Source: Terriglobia bacterium (lineage in GTDB: Bacteria > Acidobacteriota > Terriglobia > 20CM-2-55-15). Taken from it: 64,000 bases of DNA. The notes below the pieces were generated by a model that worked only from the letters and a program-made list of their open reading frames with translations, searched no databases and was not told the origin of the DNA. Positions 17,744 through 28,149 of this stretch are shown here, piece by piece (position 1 is the stretch's first letter; each line of letters begins with the position of its first letter). The position numbers were made by a program, and so were the translations under genes. The stretch is taken from the NCBI GenBank assembly GCA_965198225.1, contig CBDAOY010000007.1, positions 448,001 to 512,000 on the forward strand. Reading direction: 5' to 3'.

Positions 17744-20188
17744 TTACTCGTACCGCAAGCAGACCAGCGGGTCGACCCGGGTGGCCCGGCGGGCCGGAAC
17801 GTAGCTGGCGATGAGTGCAACCAACAGAAGAACGACCGACATTCCTCCAAAGACCGTAGGCTCGGTCGGACTGACCTCATAGAGCTCACTCGCCAGGAGG
17901 CGGGTGAGTGCGACGGCGCTGATCAGACCGAGCCCGACGCCGGCCCCCGTCAGGGTCACCGCTTGCCGGATCACCATCCCGAAAACGTCCGAGCGTTGAG
18001 CCCCGAGAGCGGTGCGCACTCCGATTTCGTGGCTTCGTTGCGCAACGGAATAGCTGATGACGCCATAGATTCCGATCGTCGCCAGTGCGAGCGCCAACCC
18101 GCCAAACACGGCCATGAGAAACGCCATGAAACGAGCGCCGGCGGTCTGCTGCTCGAGCAGATCGCGCATGGGCCTGATCGCGTAGATTGGGATTCCGCGG
18201 TCGATCGACTGGATCTCGCGCTGGAGAGAGCCCGCCAGGCCGGCTGGGCGGCTGGAACTGGTTCTCACGAGAAGCCCGAGGTTTCTCGTGGGATCCTGCC
18301 CAAGGGAAAAGAAGAGATCCGGATCGTCGGGATCCTCTGTCGGGTCGTCGATCAGGGCTCGGTATTTCAGGTCGGTGACCACGCCGATAAGCGTCATCCA
18401 GGCGGAATCGGAATCCGGATTCCCGAACTTGATCCGCTTCCCGATCGGATCCTCGTCGCCCCACAGTCTTCGCACGAACTTCTCGGTGGCGATCACGGCT
18501 ATCGTGGAGTCGGAGACGTCGCGGGAATCGAAGATGCGTCCGCGTAGCAAAGGCATTGTAGTCGTTTCAAAGAAGTTCGGGCTGACGCTGTGACGATAGA
18601 TCCGAACGCCGCGATCCAGACCTGGCGGGTAGTCCTCCGGAGTGACGATCGTTGCGCTCGCCGCCCCCTCCAGCGGGATGTCGGATGTCAATGCCGCCGA
18701 TATCACCGACGGAAGGCTGGCGACTCGCTCCAGAAGTTGCTCTTCAACGGGCCAGACCTGGTCGTTGTCATACGCCGCAGCCGGCAGCGCCAAGCGGAGC
18801 GTGGTGAGGTTTTCGGCTTCAAACCCGGGCTCGATGTCGCGCATCCGGTTGAAGCTGGAGACCATCAAGCCGGCGCCGATCAGCAGCAGAAGTGCCAGAC
18901 CAACCTCGGAAACGACGAGGAAACTCCGCAGGCGCTGCTGGGCAGTTCGCGCGCCGGCACGTCCGCCGCTTCTGAGGGCCGCGTTGACATCCGGTCGGGA
19001 TCCCTGGAACGCCGCCACGGCACCGACGCCCAATCCCGTGATCACAACGACCAGCGACGTGAACAGCAGTACGCCGGCGTCGACGCGGATGTCGACGAAG
19101 CTTGGGAGACTGACCGGGCTCAGGGCCTTGAGCGCTTCGACCGTCCACAGTGCGACGAGAATGCCCAGCAGGCCTCCCAACGTGCTGAGGACCACACATT
19201 CGGTCAGGAACTGGCGCAGCAGGCGCGCCCTCCCCGCTCCCATGGCCGCCCGCACCGCCGTCTCCCTTTCCCTGGACGTCATCCTGGCCAGCATAAGGTT
19301 TCCCACGTTGGCGCAGGCGATCAACAGGACGAATCCGACGGTCGCGAGCAGCACGAGCAGCGGTATTTGGAGCCCGTCCTGGATGCTTTCACGGATGGGA
19401 ATCACCAGCGCCCCGTAGTTTTCGTTCGAGTCGGTGTACTCCTCTTCGAGTCGCGCGGCAATGGCTTCCATCTCCGACTGAGCTTCCTCGATGCTTCGCC
19501 CCGGCTTGAGCCTTGCGACAACGTCATGCCAGCGTGTGCTTCGGCGTTCGAGAAACCGAGAGGGAAAGCTGAGGGCCGTCATGCTCATCGGAACCCACGC
19601 TTCGGTGTCATCGTCCAGTCCCAGAAAGCCTTCCGGGGCGACACCCACCACCGTGAACTCCCGGTCGTTGAGGTTGATGGTGCGGCCTATGATTTCCGCG
19701 TTTTCGCCGAGGCTGCGCTGCCACAGCCCGTGACTGATGATTGTCACCGGATGCGTATCCGGCGTTTCGTCTTCCTCCGGCAGGAAAGCCCGTCCGAGCC
19801 GTGGCTCGATTCGGAGCAAGTCGAAATAGCTGCCTGAAACGAGTTCTCCCTCGATCCTGCTGGCGCCGTCTGTGCCTGAGAGAGTGAACGAGACGCCGGC
19901 GAACGCGACGATGTCTTCGAATACTTCGTTCTGCTCCCTCCAATCCAGGAAGTCCGGGTAGGACACCGCACGCAATTCGGTGATCTCCCGGCGTACGGTT
20001 TCCGAAACGATCACGACTTGGTCCGCGTCGCCGATCGGCAGCGGATTCAGAAGCACGGCGTTGACCACGCTGAATATTGACGTGTTCGCGCCGATACCGA
20101 GGGCCAGGGTCAGTACGACCACAGTCGCGAAGCCGGGGTTCTTGGCTAATTGACGGAGCGTGAAGCGAATGTCCTGTAGAGAGTCCAT
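17744..20188 (-). CDS. Acidobacterial duplicated orphan permease (MacB/FtsX-like ABC permease)
   Basis: LALGIGANTSIFSVVN, VLLIACANV, EIGVRTALGA, PARRATRVDP..LRYE. Confidence 0.92.
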   Translation of the reverse strand: MDSLQDIRFTLRQLAKNPGFATVVVLTLALGIGANTSIFSVVNAVLLNPLPIGDADQVVIVSETVRREITELRAVSYPDFLDWREQNEVFEDIVAFAGVSFTLSGTDGASRIEGELVSGSYFDLLRIEPRLGRAFLPEEDETPDTHPVTIISHGLWQRSLGENAEIIGRTINLNDREFTVVGVAPEGFLGLDDDTEAWVPMSMTALSFPSRFLERRSTRWHDVVARLKPGRSIEEAQSEMEAIAARLEEEYTDSNENYGALVIPIRESIQDGLQIPLLVLLATVGFVLLIACANVGNLMLARMTSRERETAVRAAMGAGRARLLRQFLTECVVLSTLGGLLGILVALWTVEALKALSPVSLPSFVDIRVDAGVLLFTSLVVVITGLGVGAVAAFQGSRPDVNAALRSGGRAGARTAQQRLRSFLVVSEVGLALLLLIGAGLMVSSFNRMRDIEPGFEAENLTTLRLALPAAAYDNDQVWPVEEQLLERVASLPSVISAALTSDIPLEGAASATIVTPEDYPPGLDRGVRIYRHSVSPNFFETTTMPLLRGRIFDSRDVSDSTIAVIATEKFVRRLWGDEDPIGKRIKFGNPDSDSAWMTLIGVVTDLKYRALIDDPTEDPDDPDLFFSLGQDPTRNLGLLVRTSSSRPAGLAGSLQREIQSIDRGIPIYAIRPMRDLLEQQTAGARFMAFLMAVFGGLALALATIGIYGVISYSVAQRSHEIGVRTALGAQRSDVFGMVIRQAVTLTGAGVGLGLISAVALTRLLASELYEVSPTEPTVFGGMSVVLLLVALIASYVPARRATRVDPLVCLRYE

Positions 20189-20537
20189 CGATGGTGTCCT
20201 TTTCGAGTTTCCGGCCACGACTTATCGGTGCAGAGGTTCCCCACCTGTCGGCTAGAACACGTACCGCGCCAAAGTATTGTGTCGTTGAAATATAACAAAA
20301 CCAATGGGTTAAACGGTAAGGGATCCCGGACTCAGCGGGGTCTCGTGTTCGCGTGTGGGACGCGTCGTTCAAAACCGAACAGGAGCGCTCAACATCGCTG
20401 CGTCGAGGTCCCGGGCCAAAGTCCCTTGGCACCGGCTGTCAGGTGTCATTCGTGTTGGTTTCCCTATAAGATTCGGAGAATACTGCCTGCATGGGGCCAT
20501 ACTGCCTCCGAACCTCCTGCAGTAAGGGTTGAAACTG

Positions 20538-21380
20538 ATGAGTCCACCGCCGAAAGATGAAATCCAGAGCTGGTCGGAATCCTCACTTTACTGGGAACGG
20601 CACTTCTCGAAGATCCGAGAAATGTTTGCCCCAATTTCTCGAGCATTAATTGAGGATGCGGTCGTCGGTGACGGCGACACCGTGCTAGACGTTGCCGGGG
20701 GATCCGGAGAGCCCTCGCTCAGCGTTGCCGAACGCCTTTCCGAAAGTGGCAGAGTCGTCTACACCGATCCGGTTTCGGGGATGGCCCAGGCGGCAAGCCG
20801 GCATGCCCGAAGCGAGGAGTTGGGAAACATTTACTTCTGCCAGGCTGTGGCAGAGGCTCTGCCGTTCGGCTCGAGCTGGTTCGACGCGGTCCTGTGCCGT
20901 TTTGGAGTTATGTTTTTCCCGGATGCCACGGCGGGTATTGCGGAAATGTTGCGGGTTGCCCGATCGGGTGCGCGGGTTGCTGCAGCGGTCTGGGGGCCCG
21001 CCGAGGTAAATCCGTTCCACACCGTCATCTCGGATGTCGTTTCGAAGTACGTCCCGCCTGAACCCGAGGACCCGGATGCGACCGGGGCGTTTCGGTTCGC
21101 CGAGTCGGGCAAATTGGAGCGCGTGTTCCTCGACGCCGGCGCCGCAAACGTCGTCGAACGGCTGCTGGCTTTCAACGTCGAAGCCTCGATGTCGGTGGAC
21201 AGCTTCTGGGAATTGAGATCCCAGCTGTCGGGTACGCTCCGGGACAAACTCGCCGGTCTGCCCGCAGACCAGGCTCACCAGGTTGCCGAGGAGGTCAAGG
21301 AAGGAGCGGCCGCCTTTTCCAGGGACGGAAGGATCAGTCTCCCGGCCCAGGTGATTATTGTGAGGGGCAGCAAGGGGTAG
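20538..21380 (+). CDS. Class I SAM-dependent methyltransferase (UbiE-like)
   Basis: VLDVAGGSGEP, AEALPF..FDAVLCRFGVMFF. Confidence 0.88.
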   Translation: MSPPPKDEIQSWSESSLYWERHFSKIREMFAPISRALIEDAVVGDGDTVLDVAGGSGEPSLSVAERLSESGRVVYTDPVSGMAQAASRHARSEELGNIYFCQAVAEALPFGSSWFDAVLCRFGVMFFPDATAGIAEMLRVARSGARVAAAVWGPAEVNPFHTVISDVVSKYVPPEPEDPDATGAFRFAESGKLERVFLDAGAANVVERLLAFNVEASMSVDSFWELRSQLSGTLRDKLAGLPADQAHQVAEEVKEGAAAFSRDGRISLPAQVIIVRGSKG

Positions 21381-21391
21381 CGGAACCACAA

Positions 21392-21462
21392 ACTCCCCTC
21401 CTTGGACAAGGAGGGGAGTGGGAGTCGGTTCTCCTCACTACTGACTACCGACTACTGACTAC
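21392..21462. repeat. ACTCCCCTCCTT-loop-AAGGAGGGG palindromic repeat with adjacent CTGACTA heptamers
   Basis: Related copies at 24823-24915 and 35413-35578; lies between convergent genes. Confidence 0.75.
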
Positions 21463-22814
21463 TTCTTCAGCACGTCCTTGCCCATCGCGGCTTGCAGTGC
21501 CGCCGGAACCTTCACCGATCCATCGGGTTGCTGATAGTTGTCGAGGATGGCGATAAGCATCCGGCCCATGGCGCAGCCCGTGTCGTTGACGGTGTGGCAG
21601 AAGCGCAGGGTGCCGTCGGCAGTGCGGTACCGGATTTTGAGGCGACGCGCCTGGTAATCGGTTGTATTCGTGTCGGTCATGACCTCCATGAACTCACCCG
21701 ATCCAGACATCCAGACCTCGACGTCCCGCTGCCGGTAGCTGGCCAGGTATCCCGCGTCCCCGGTGCATTTGTCGACGATCCGGTAGGGCAGTTGCAGTTG
21801 CTGCATCAACCATTCATTGATGCTTCCGAATTCGTCGTAGACCGCCTTCGATTCCTCCGGCCGACAGACCGCGTTCATTTCGATCTTGTCGAACTGGTGG
21901 ACCCGCTTGATCCCCTTTACGTCCTTGCCCCATGATCCGGCTTCGGAACGGAAGCACGGGGTCGCCGCGAAGACTTTCACCGGGAGCGTGTCTTCATCCA
22001 GAGTCCGATCCATGAAGTAGCTGAAGTTCGTGGGTTCCGACGATCCGACGAGGAACAGGGGCAGTGGTTCTTCCACGTTGTCGGTCTTGATCTCATAGAC
22101 CTGATCCCGACCCTCCGGAAAGTGGGACGTGCCGTAGAGGGAACGTTCCCGGACCAGCAACGGAGGGATGATCGGCTGATATCGGCGCCGGACGAGCTCG
22201 TCGGAGAGCAGGCGCTGGATCGCAAGCTGCATCAGTGCGACGTCCCCGAACAGATACGCAAATCGTGAGCCCGACACCTTCCCGCCCTGCGGGGTGTCGA
22301 CGCCGCCGAGTTTTTCGCCGAGCTCGGTGTAGTGCAGCGTCTTGAACTCGTTGCTTCCGGCGTGGGGCGGAGCCGTCGGCATGAACTGCGCGGAGTGGTT
22401 CGCCCGGCCGAGTTTCGACGAGTCCAGGTAACCCGTACCCGGGACCCACGCGCACTCTTCGACGTTGTCTTCCTCACCGGTCCCTTCCGGCATTTCAGGA
22501 TCGATAAAGTTTGGAAACCAATCCAGGTGGGATTTCCATTCCGCCGTCACGTCCGACAGGTCTTTGTCCAGACCACGGGACTTTTCCCGCAGCTCCTGAC
22601 CCTTCGCGCGAGCCGAGTCGGGGTCGGTCTTGCCCAGGCCGGCGATCTTTTTCTTCGCGGCGTTCAAGGCGTCGATTTCGGTCTGCAATGCCCGCCTGCG
22701 GGCGTCCAACTCCAGCCAGCGGTCGACGTCCGCCCTGGCCGGGTCGACTTTTCGGAGGCGGAGGATTTCCTTCAACCGGTCGGGATTCGCTCGAACTGCT
22801 TTCACGTCCAGCAT
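21459..22814 (-). CDS. serS: Seryl-tRNA synthetase (divergent motifs)
   Basis: N-terminal coiled-coil arm, KVSGSRF, CFRSEAGSWGKD..GIKRVHQFDKIE, DYQARR, HTVN, ILDNYQQPDGSVKVP. Confidence 0.92.
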   Translation of the reverse strand: MLDVKAVRANPDRLKEILRLRKVDPARADVDRWLELDARRRALQTEIDALNAAKKKIAGLGKTDPDSARAKGQELREKSRGLDKDLSDVTAEWKSHLDWFPNFIDPEMPEGTGEEDNVEECAWVPGTGYLDSSKLGRANHSAQFMPTAPPHAGSNEFKTLHYTELGEKLGGVDTPQGGKVSGSRFAYLFGDVALMQLAIQRLLSDELVRRRYQPIIPPLLVRERSLYGTSHFPEGRDQVYEIKTDNVEEPLPLFLVGSSEPTNFSYFMDRTLDEDTLPVKVFAATPCFRSEAGSWGKDVKGIKRVHQFDKIEMNAVCRPEESKAVYDEFGSINEWLMQQLQLPYRIVDKCTGDAGYLASYRQRDVEVWMSGSGEFMEVMTDTNTTDYQARRLKIRYRTADGTLRFCHTVNDTGCAMGRMLIAILDNYQQPDGSVKVPAALQAAMGKDVLKK

Positions 22815-22827
22815 CTGTCACCAGTGG

Positions 22828-24738
22828 CTACATGCTCTCGACCATCAGTTTCGCGACGGCCTGGTTGAACTTCGCCGGGTTCGCCAGCTCCGACCCTTCG
22901 GCGATGAGTGCATAACCCAGAAGCAGCTCCGCGTAGTCGTCGATGGCGGAATCGTCCTTGTCGTTCCCGACCCTCTCCTGGAGTTTCTGAACGATCTCGT
23001 GATCCGGATTCAGCTCCATGATCCGCAGCTGTTTCGGGGCCCGGCCCTGCTGGGCCTGGAGAATTCGTTCCATATGCGGGCTGAAGTCCTCTTCGGCGAC
23101 GACCAGGCAGGCCGGCGAGTCCGTCAGCCGGTTCGTCAGTCGGACTTCCTTGACGTGCTTGTCGAGCTTGGTCTTGAGCAACGCCATGATGTCGGTGAAC
23201 TGGGTCTGCCTGGCGTTCAAGTCCTTCCGCGCCTTCTTCTGCTCCTCGTCTGTCCCAAGATCCACGGTCCCCTTGGCGATCGACTTGAGCTTCTTGTCTT
23301 CGAACTCCGTGAGCGACTGCACCATCAATTCGTCGATGGGATCGCTGAGGAAGAGGACTTCCAGGTCCCTGGCCTTGAACGCCTCGAGGTGCGGTGAACT
23401 GGCGATCGCGGACCGTGAATCGCCGGTGAGGTAGAAGATTTCCTCCTGGTCCGACTTCATCCTGGCCACGTACTCTTTGAGCGTCGTCTGCTTCTCGTCG
23501 TCGTTGGACGAATCAAACCACAGCAATGGAGTAAGCTTGTCCTTGTTCTCGAAGTCGAAGCTGACACCCTCCTTCAACACGCGCCCGAAATGCTTCCAGA
23601 ACTTCGAGTAGGCATCCTTGTCGCCGCCGGCCATCTCAGACAGGGCATCGATGATCTTCCGAGTCAGCCATTTCCGTATCTGCGTGATGTGGCGATCTTC
23701 CTGCAGCCGCTGACGGGAGATGTTCAGCGGCAGGTCGGAGGAGTCGACCAGGCCTTTGACGAACCGCAGGTAGCGTGGGAGCAGATCTTCGGAGCTCTCC
23801 ATGATCAGGACCTTGCGGACGTAGAGCTGGAGCCCGAACTTTCCGGTGTCGAAGAAAAGATCCATCGGGGCCTCGGACGGGAGGTAGAGCAGCGCCTGGT
23901 ACTCGATCCGACCCTCAGCCTGGAACGTCAGGTGCTTCAGCGGCTCGTTCCAGTCGTGGCTGATGTGTTTGTAGAACTCCTTGTATTCTTCGTCGCTGAC
24001 CTCCGACGCCGGTCGCGTCCAGATCGGTTTCATGGAGTTGATCGGCTTCGGCTCTTCCTTGTCCTTCTTTTCCTCGGCCTCCTTCCCCGTCGGCCGGTAC
24101 AGGATCGGATAGCCGACAAAGTCGGAATACTGCTTGACGATTCGCTGGATGATCCATTCTTCGGTGAAGTCTTCGATACCGCTGTCGGAATCAACCTCCG
24201 TCAGGTGCAGAGTGATCGACGTCCCCCGCCGAAACTTGTCCGCTTCCGACAGGGAATACTCGCCGTCCCCCGATGATTCCCACAACGACCCACTCTCCTC
24301 GCCGGCGCGGCGAGTCAACAGGGACACCCGGTCAGCGACCATGAAAGCCGAATAGAAGCCGACTCCGAACTGGCCGATCATCTTCTCGGTGATCTCGTCA
24401 GGCTTGCCCTTGAGGCTTTCCAAGAGCTCGCGTGTGCCCGACTTCGCGATCGTCCCGATGTGTTCGACTACTTCATCGCGGCTCATCCCGATCCCGTTGT
24501 CGTGGATCGTGACGGTCCGGGCTTCCTTGTCGCTTTCGATCGTGATTTCAAGTTGATCGTCCTTGCCCAGCAGGTCCGGGTTCTGGAGCGATTCCACCCG
24601 AAGGCGGTCCAGTGCGTCCGACGCGTTGGATATGAGCTCACGCAGGAAGATTTCCTTGTTGGTGTACAGAGAATGAATCATCAGGTCGAGGACCTGTTTG
24701 GCCTCGGCCTGAAACTGATGTGTCTCGGTCGTACTCAT
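22828..24738 (-). CDS. htpG: Chaperone HtpG (Hsp90)
   Basis: FQAEAKQVLDLMIHSLY..KEIFLRELISNASDA, DNGIGM, IGQFGVGFYS. Confidence 0.97.
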   Translation of the reverse strand: MSTTETHQFQAEAKQVLDLMIHSLYTNKEIFLRELISNASDALDRLRVESLQNPDLLGKDDQLEITIESDKEARTVTIHDNGIGMSRDEVVEHIGTIAKSGTRELLESLKGKPDEITEKMIGQFGVGFYSAFMVADRVSLLTRRAGEESGSLWESSGDGEYSLSEADKFRRGTSITLHLTEVDSDSGIEDFTEEWIIQRIVKQYSDFVGYPILYRPTGKEAEEKKDKEEPKPINSMKPIWTRPASEVSDEEYKEFYKHISHDWNEPLKHLTFQAEGRIEYQALLYLPSEAPMDLFFDTGKFGLQLYVRKVLIMESSEDLLPRYLRFVKGLVDSSDLPLNISRQRLQEDRHITQIRKWLTRKIIDALSEMAGGDKDAYSKFWKHFGRVLKEGVSFDFENKDKLTPLLWFDSSNDDEKQTTLKEYVARMKSDQEEIFYLTGDSRSAIASSPHLEAFKARDLEVLFLSDPIDELMVQSLTEFEDKKLKSIAKGTVDLGTDEEQKKARKDLNARQTQFTDIMALLKTKLDKHVKEVRLTNRLTDSPACLVVAEEDFSPHMERILQAQQGRAPKQLRIMELNPDHEIVQKLQERVGNDKDDSAIDDYAELLLGYALIAEGSELANPAKFNQAVAKLMVESM

Positions 24739-24822
24739 TGCTGTTCCTATCCTCCAGAAGACAAACAGTTATTGTAACCCGACCGCACGCCTGGCGTACG
24801 GTCGGGTTAGTTGTCTGTTGCC

Positions 24823-24915
24823 AGTAGTCAGGAGTCAGTTGAAGCTGGAACCGACTCCCCTCCTTGGATAGATAAGGAGGGGTGGATGCGCCGGAGGCGC
24901 AGACGGGGTGGTTCG
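24823..24915. repeat. CCCCTCCTT/AAGGAGGGG repeat with GGATGCGCCGGAGGCGCAGACGGGGTGGTT module
   Basis: Near-identical modules at 35476-35578. Confidence 0.75.
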
Positions 24916-25230
24916 ATAACAATTGGGTTGCGCCGGAAGCGCGTTGCCTGAGCGGACGGGGTGGTTCGACACGGGGTGCGGACAATTGATGGTGACTTTA
25001 CCCCCTCAAAAAGGGCCTCGGATGCGCCGGAAGGCGCAGACGTTTTCCAGGCGTTGCCTGAGCGGAAACGTTGGTAAAGAGTAGAACCCTGTCACCACCG
25101 TCCCGGACTCTCCTCCTTGCCAAATGGAGCAGTCTTCCGGACGGGGTGCGGAGGGCTCGTTGATGGGCCGAGGGGTTTCGGATCCAGTGATGGATGTTTA
25201 TCCCGAATCTCAATCGGGGAAGTGTGCAAA

Positions 25231-25980
25231 TCAGTCTGGGGTTCGAGCGGTTTTGCCTCCCGGGATTTCGGAATAGGACTTTACCCCCTCAAAAAGGGCC
25301 TCGGCAATCTGTTGACGGTAGGTTTCGCCTTTGAGCAGTCGTTCGTCTTCCGGGTTGCTGATGAACGAAACCTCGGCGAGAATCGAGGGCATTTCGGCGC
25401 CGACCAAAACGGCCAGAGGGGCGGGTTTGACGCCTCGGTCCCGGGCAGTCGGGATCTTCGTGGCTAGAGCGTTCTGAATGTGAGTCGCGAATTCCCGCGA
25501 CTCGGCGATTTTGTCCAGCATGAGAATGTCCCGGATTCTGTCCCGAAGAGCCGATATCGACTTCCGGGATGTCCCGCTCTCCCGGGCGGCGACCGCCATT
25601 GCTTCCTGCGAGGTCGTGGGGCTGAGGAAGAAGGTTTCGAATCCCCGAATCGACCGGTGACTGCTGGAATTGGCATGAATGGAGACGAACAGGTCCGCTT
25701 GCGCCCGATTGGCGATCGCGGTGCGTGTTTCCAGCGGTACGAACACGTCGTCGTACCGGGTCAAGACGACTTCCACTCCAAGTCCGGACTCGATATTGGT
25801 TCGCAGGCGGTTGGCGATGTCCAGGACCAGCTCCTTCTCTTTCAATCCGCTGGGGCCGGTGCTGCCGGCATCGCGACCGCCGTGTCCTGCATCGATGACG
25901 ACGCGGCCGAGTCTTTGTTCGGGCCGTGGGATGGGCGAACCTTCTCCGTATATGTCCTGGACGAGGCGAACGTCCTCCAT
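25231..25980 (-). CDS. N-acetylmuramoyl-L-alanine amidase (Amidase_3 domain); N-terminus appears lost or degraded
   Basis: VIDAGHGG, EKELVL, VLTR, FVSIHANS, ILAEVSFISN; no signal peptide or intact AMIN domain visible upstream. Confidence 0.8.
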   Translation of the reverse strand: MEDVRLVQDIYGEGSPIPRPEQRLGRVVIDAGHGGRDAGSTGPSGLKEKELVLDIANRLRTNIESGLGVEVVLTRYDDVFVPLETRTAIANRAQADLFVSIHANSSSHRSIRGFETFFLSPTTSQEAMAVAARESGTSRKSISALRDRIRDILMLDKIAESREFATHIQNALATKIPTARDRGVKPAPLAVLVGAEMPSILAEVSFISNPEDERLLKGETYRQQIAEALFEGVKSYSEIPGGKTARTPD

Positions 25981-26248
25981 CGCCTTTTCACTCGACTCGC
26001 CGGCACCAAGGTACCGTGCGCACCCCACATCCGGGGCGCCCGTAGTCGGTCGCCGGAACGGAGTGGGGAATGTCGCTCGAGAAGATTCTCGATAGGGAGG
26101 ATCGCCGGATCGGGGACGGCCGGTCGAGCCGTCTCCATTTGCCCAGCAGCACCGGGTGCCATCCAGTAGGAAGAGACCACGGCCGAGTTGGTAGCAAGTA
26201 TCGATATTGCGGCCGCCGCAGTAACTCAGCAGATCGACACTCTGAACG

Positions 26249-27016
26249 ATGTGGAGGTCCATCCAATGCAGACGAGGCAATGAGTCAGGTACTTCAGTGT
26301 CCAGCCAGAAAACATGGAGCGGCATCGGTCGCAGTAGGTGGGTCGCTTCTTCGAGCCTTCCCGAGACGAGCCTCCCGCCGCCGGCCCCGGGGGGGCTCCG
26401 GTCGATCTATTGTCCACAAATCGCTGCTGCCAAGGCCGGTGTTGCCAATGCCATTGTCGATATCAATCCCCCACTCACTCGGCCGGATTCCCGGATCCAG
26501 TTTTTCAGGGTCAATATCTCGCGTGAGAACGACTGGAAGGTCGTCGAGGACCACGTCGCCAAACACGGCAAGTTCAGCTTCAGCATCTGCTCCCACACCT
26601 TGGAGGATGTCGCCAACCCTCTCCTCGTCTGCGAGAAACTGTCCATCATCTCGGAGTCGGGCTACGTTGCCGTTCCGAGCAAGTTTGTCGAGATGGCCCG
26701 TTTCGAGAAGGTAATGGCCACCGGCATTTCCTATCGCGGCTACATTCATCACCGATGGGTCTTCACAATCCGAGACGGCCTACTCTGGGGATTCCCCAAG
26801 GTACCTTTCGTTGAGATTGACCCTTTCTTCGATCAGATCGGGAACCATGCCACGAATTCCAACCTCGATATGAGCTTTTTCTGGGATTCACGGTTGAATC
26901 TGCAGATTGTAAATGATGACTACCTCGGGCCATCGGTAGACGCGGTGATCGGCTACTACCACGATCTGATGATCCGGGACGATGTGGATAGCGTCGCCGG
27001 CACCACGTACCCTTAA
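26249..27016 (+). CDS. Methyltransferase-like protein, probably 5'-truncated (real coding region from about 26430)
   Basis: KFSFSICSHTLEDV, GYVAVPS, GYIHHRW; SAM-binding motif I and a clear start are missing. Confidence 0.6.
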   Translation: MWRSIQCRRGNESGTSVSSQKTWSGIGRSRWVASSSLPETSLPPPAPGGLRSIYCPQIAAAKAGVANAIVDINPPLTRPDSRIQFFRVNISRENDWKVVEDHVAKHGKFSFSICSHTLEDVANPLLVCEKLSIISESGYVAVPSKFVEMARFEKVMATGISYRGYIHHRWVFTIRDGLLWGFPKVPFVEIDPFFDQIGNHATNSNLDMSFFWDSRLNLQIVNDDYLGPSVDAVIGYYHDLMIRDDVDSVAGTTYP

Positions 27017-27310
27017 CAGCCCGTGGCAGAACTCTGCAGGGCCGCGTTACGGCCAAACGGGGCCGGATTCTAGGAGGCGAGGACGAAGCAATGCTCATTC
27101 ATTGGGAGGAGTCGGCGACAACGAAGACGGCCCCGTTTCGCCGTAACCCGAAGGGCGCAGGGGGGTTCGGGCCGCAGGCTTTGTCGCTCGTCGGTCACGA
27201 TGAATGATCATCGCTCCGCTCCTCGCTTCGCGCCTGCAACCCGAAGACCCCTGCGCGCGACCCTGCAGAGTTCCGCCAGGGGCTGTTAGACCGGACATCC
27301 TGGGGAGCCG

Positions 27311-27949
27311 ATGAAGAACTTCGAAAACCGATTTCGCTTCCATATGTCGCAGGGTCTCCGGCTCGACAGGGCGCTGGACATAGGGGCATATCGCGGCGAG
27401 TTTTCGAGGCTTCTCCATCAGCTCTGGCCTGGAATCAAGGTATGGCAGTTCGAAGCCGATGTGCGCCAGAAGCCACACAACCCGGAGGCCTTTTATGTCC
27501 TCCTGGGCGACCAGCAGAGAGAATGCGACTTCTACACGGTCGATGAAAAGGATGCGTTCACGACGGGGTCTTCCATCTATCGGGAAAACACTGCGTTCTA
27601 CCGTAATCCCATCGTCATGACAAAGGAGATGACGACAATCGACCGGATCATGGAGAGGGTCGATTTTTCCGGGAACTGGAAAGGACACGGCCTCGTGAAG
27701 CTGGATACCCAGGGATCGGAAGTGGACATTCTCAAGGGCGCCCGAAACTTTCTCGAGACATTCACTCCCCGGCTCATCCTGCTCGAAGCGTCGGTCTTCC
27801 CCTACAACGTCGGGGCGCCGCTCATCGCCAGTGTGTTCGCGTACATGACATCCATTGGCTATCGGGCGATCGACGTTCTTGATATGCAGTACATGGACTC
27901 CGTTCTGAATCAGATGGACGTGCTGTTCGAACTCGAACGCGCTCCCTAG
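27311..27949 (+). CDS. FkbM family methyltransferase
   Basis: GGGAG RBS; LDIGAYRG, FEA, TTID, LVKLDTQGSEVDILKGA. Confidence 0.88.
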   Translation: MKNFENRFRFHMSQGLRLDRALDIGAYRGEFSRLLHQLWPGIKVWQFEADVRQKPHNPEAFYVLLGDQQRECDFYTVDEKDAFTTGSSIYRENTAFYRNPIVMTKEMTTIDRIMERVDFSGNWKGHGLVKLDTQGSEVDILKGARNFLETFTPRLILLEASVFPYNVGAPLIASVFAYMTSIGYRAIDVLDMQYMDSVLNQMDVLFELERAP

Positions 27950-28149
27950 CCTGCCCCCCGCTTAAGAACTCGGCAAGAGCTAACCGTTATGGCAACCCTA
28001 CCGACCGCGCCTGTGGTCGGTCGGGGTAGTAATCCGTTATCGGACCGCGACTGGTCTCCACTCGTGAGGCTCCCCAAACGGCCTACGGACAACGGCCTAC
28101 GGACTCCCCTGGTCCCACCGTGTCATCCCCGCGCGGTATACTCCGGGCC

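Noticed and set aside
24775-24810. Hairpin upstream of htpG as CIRCE or an IS1634-derived MITE
   Set aside because: Does not match TTAGCACTC-N9-GAGTGCTAA; the match to the IS end is only about 10 bp.
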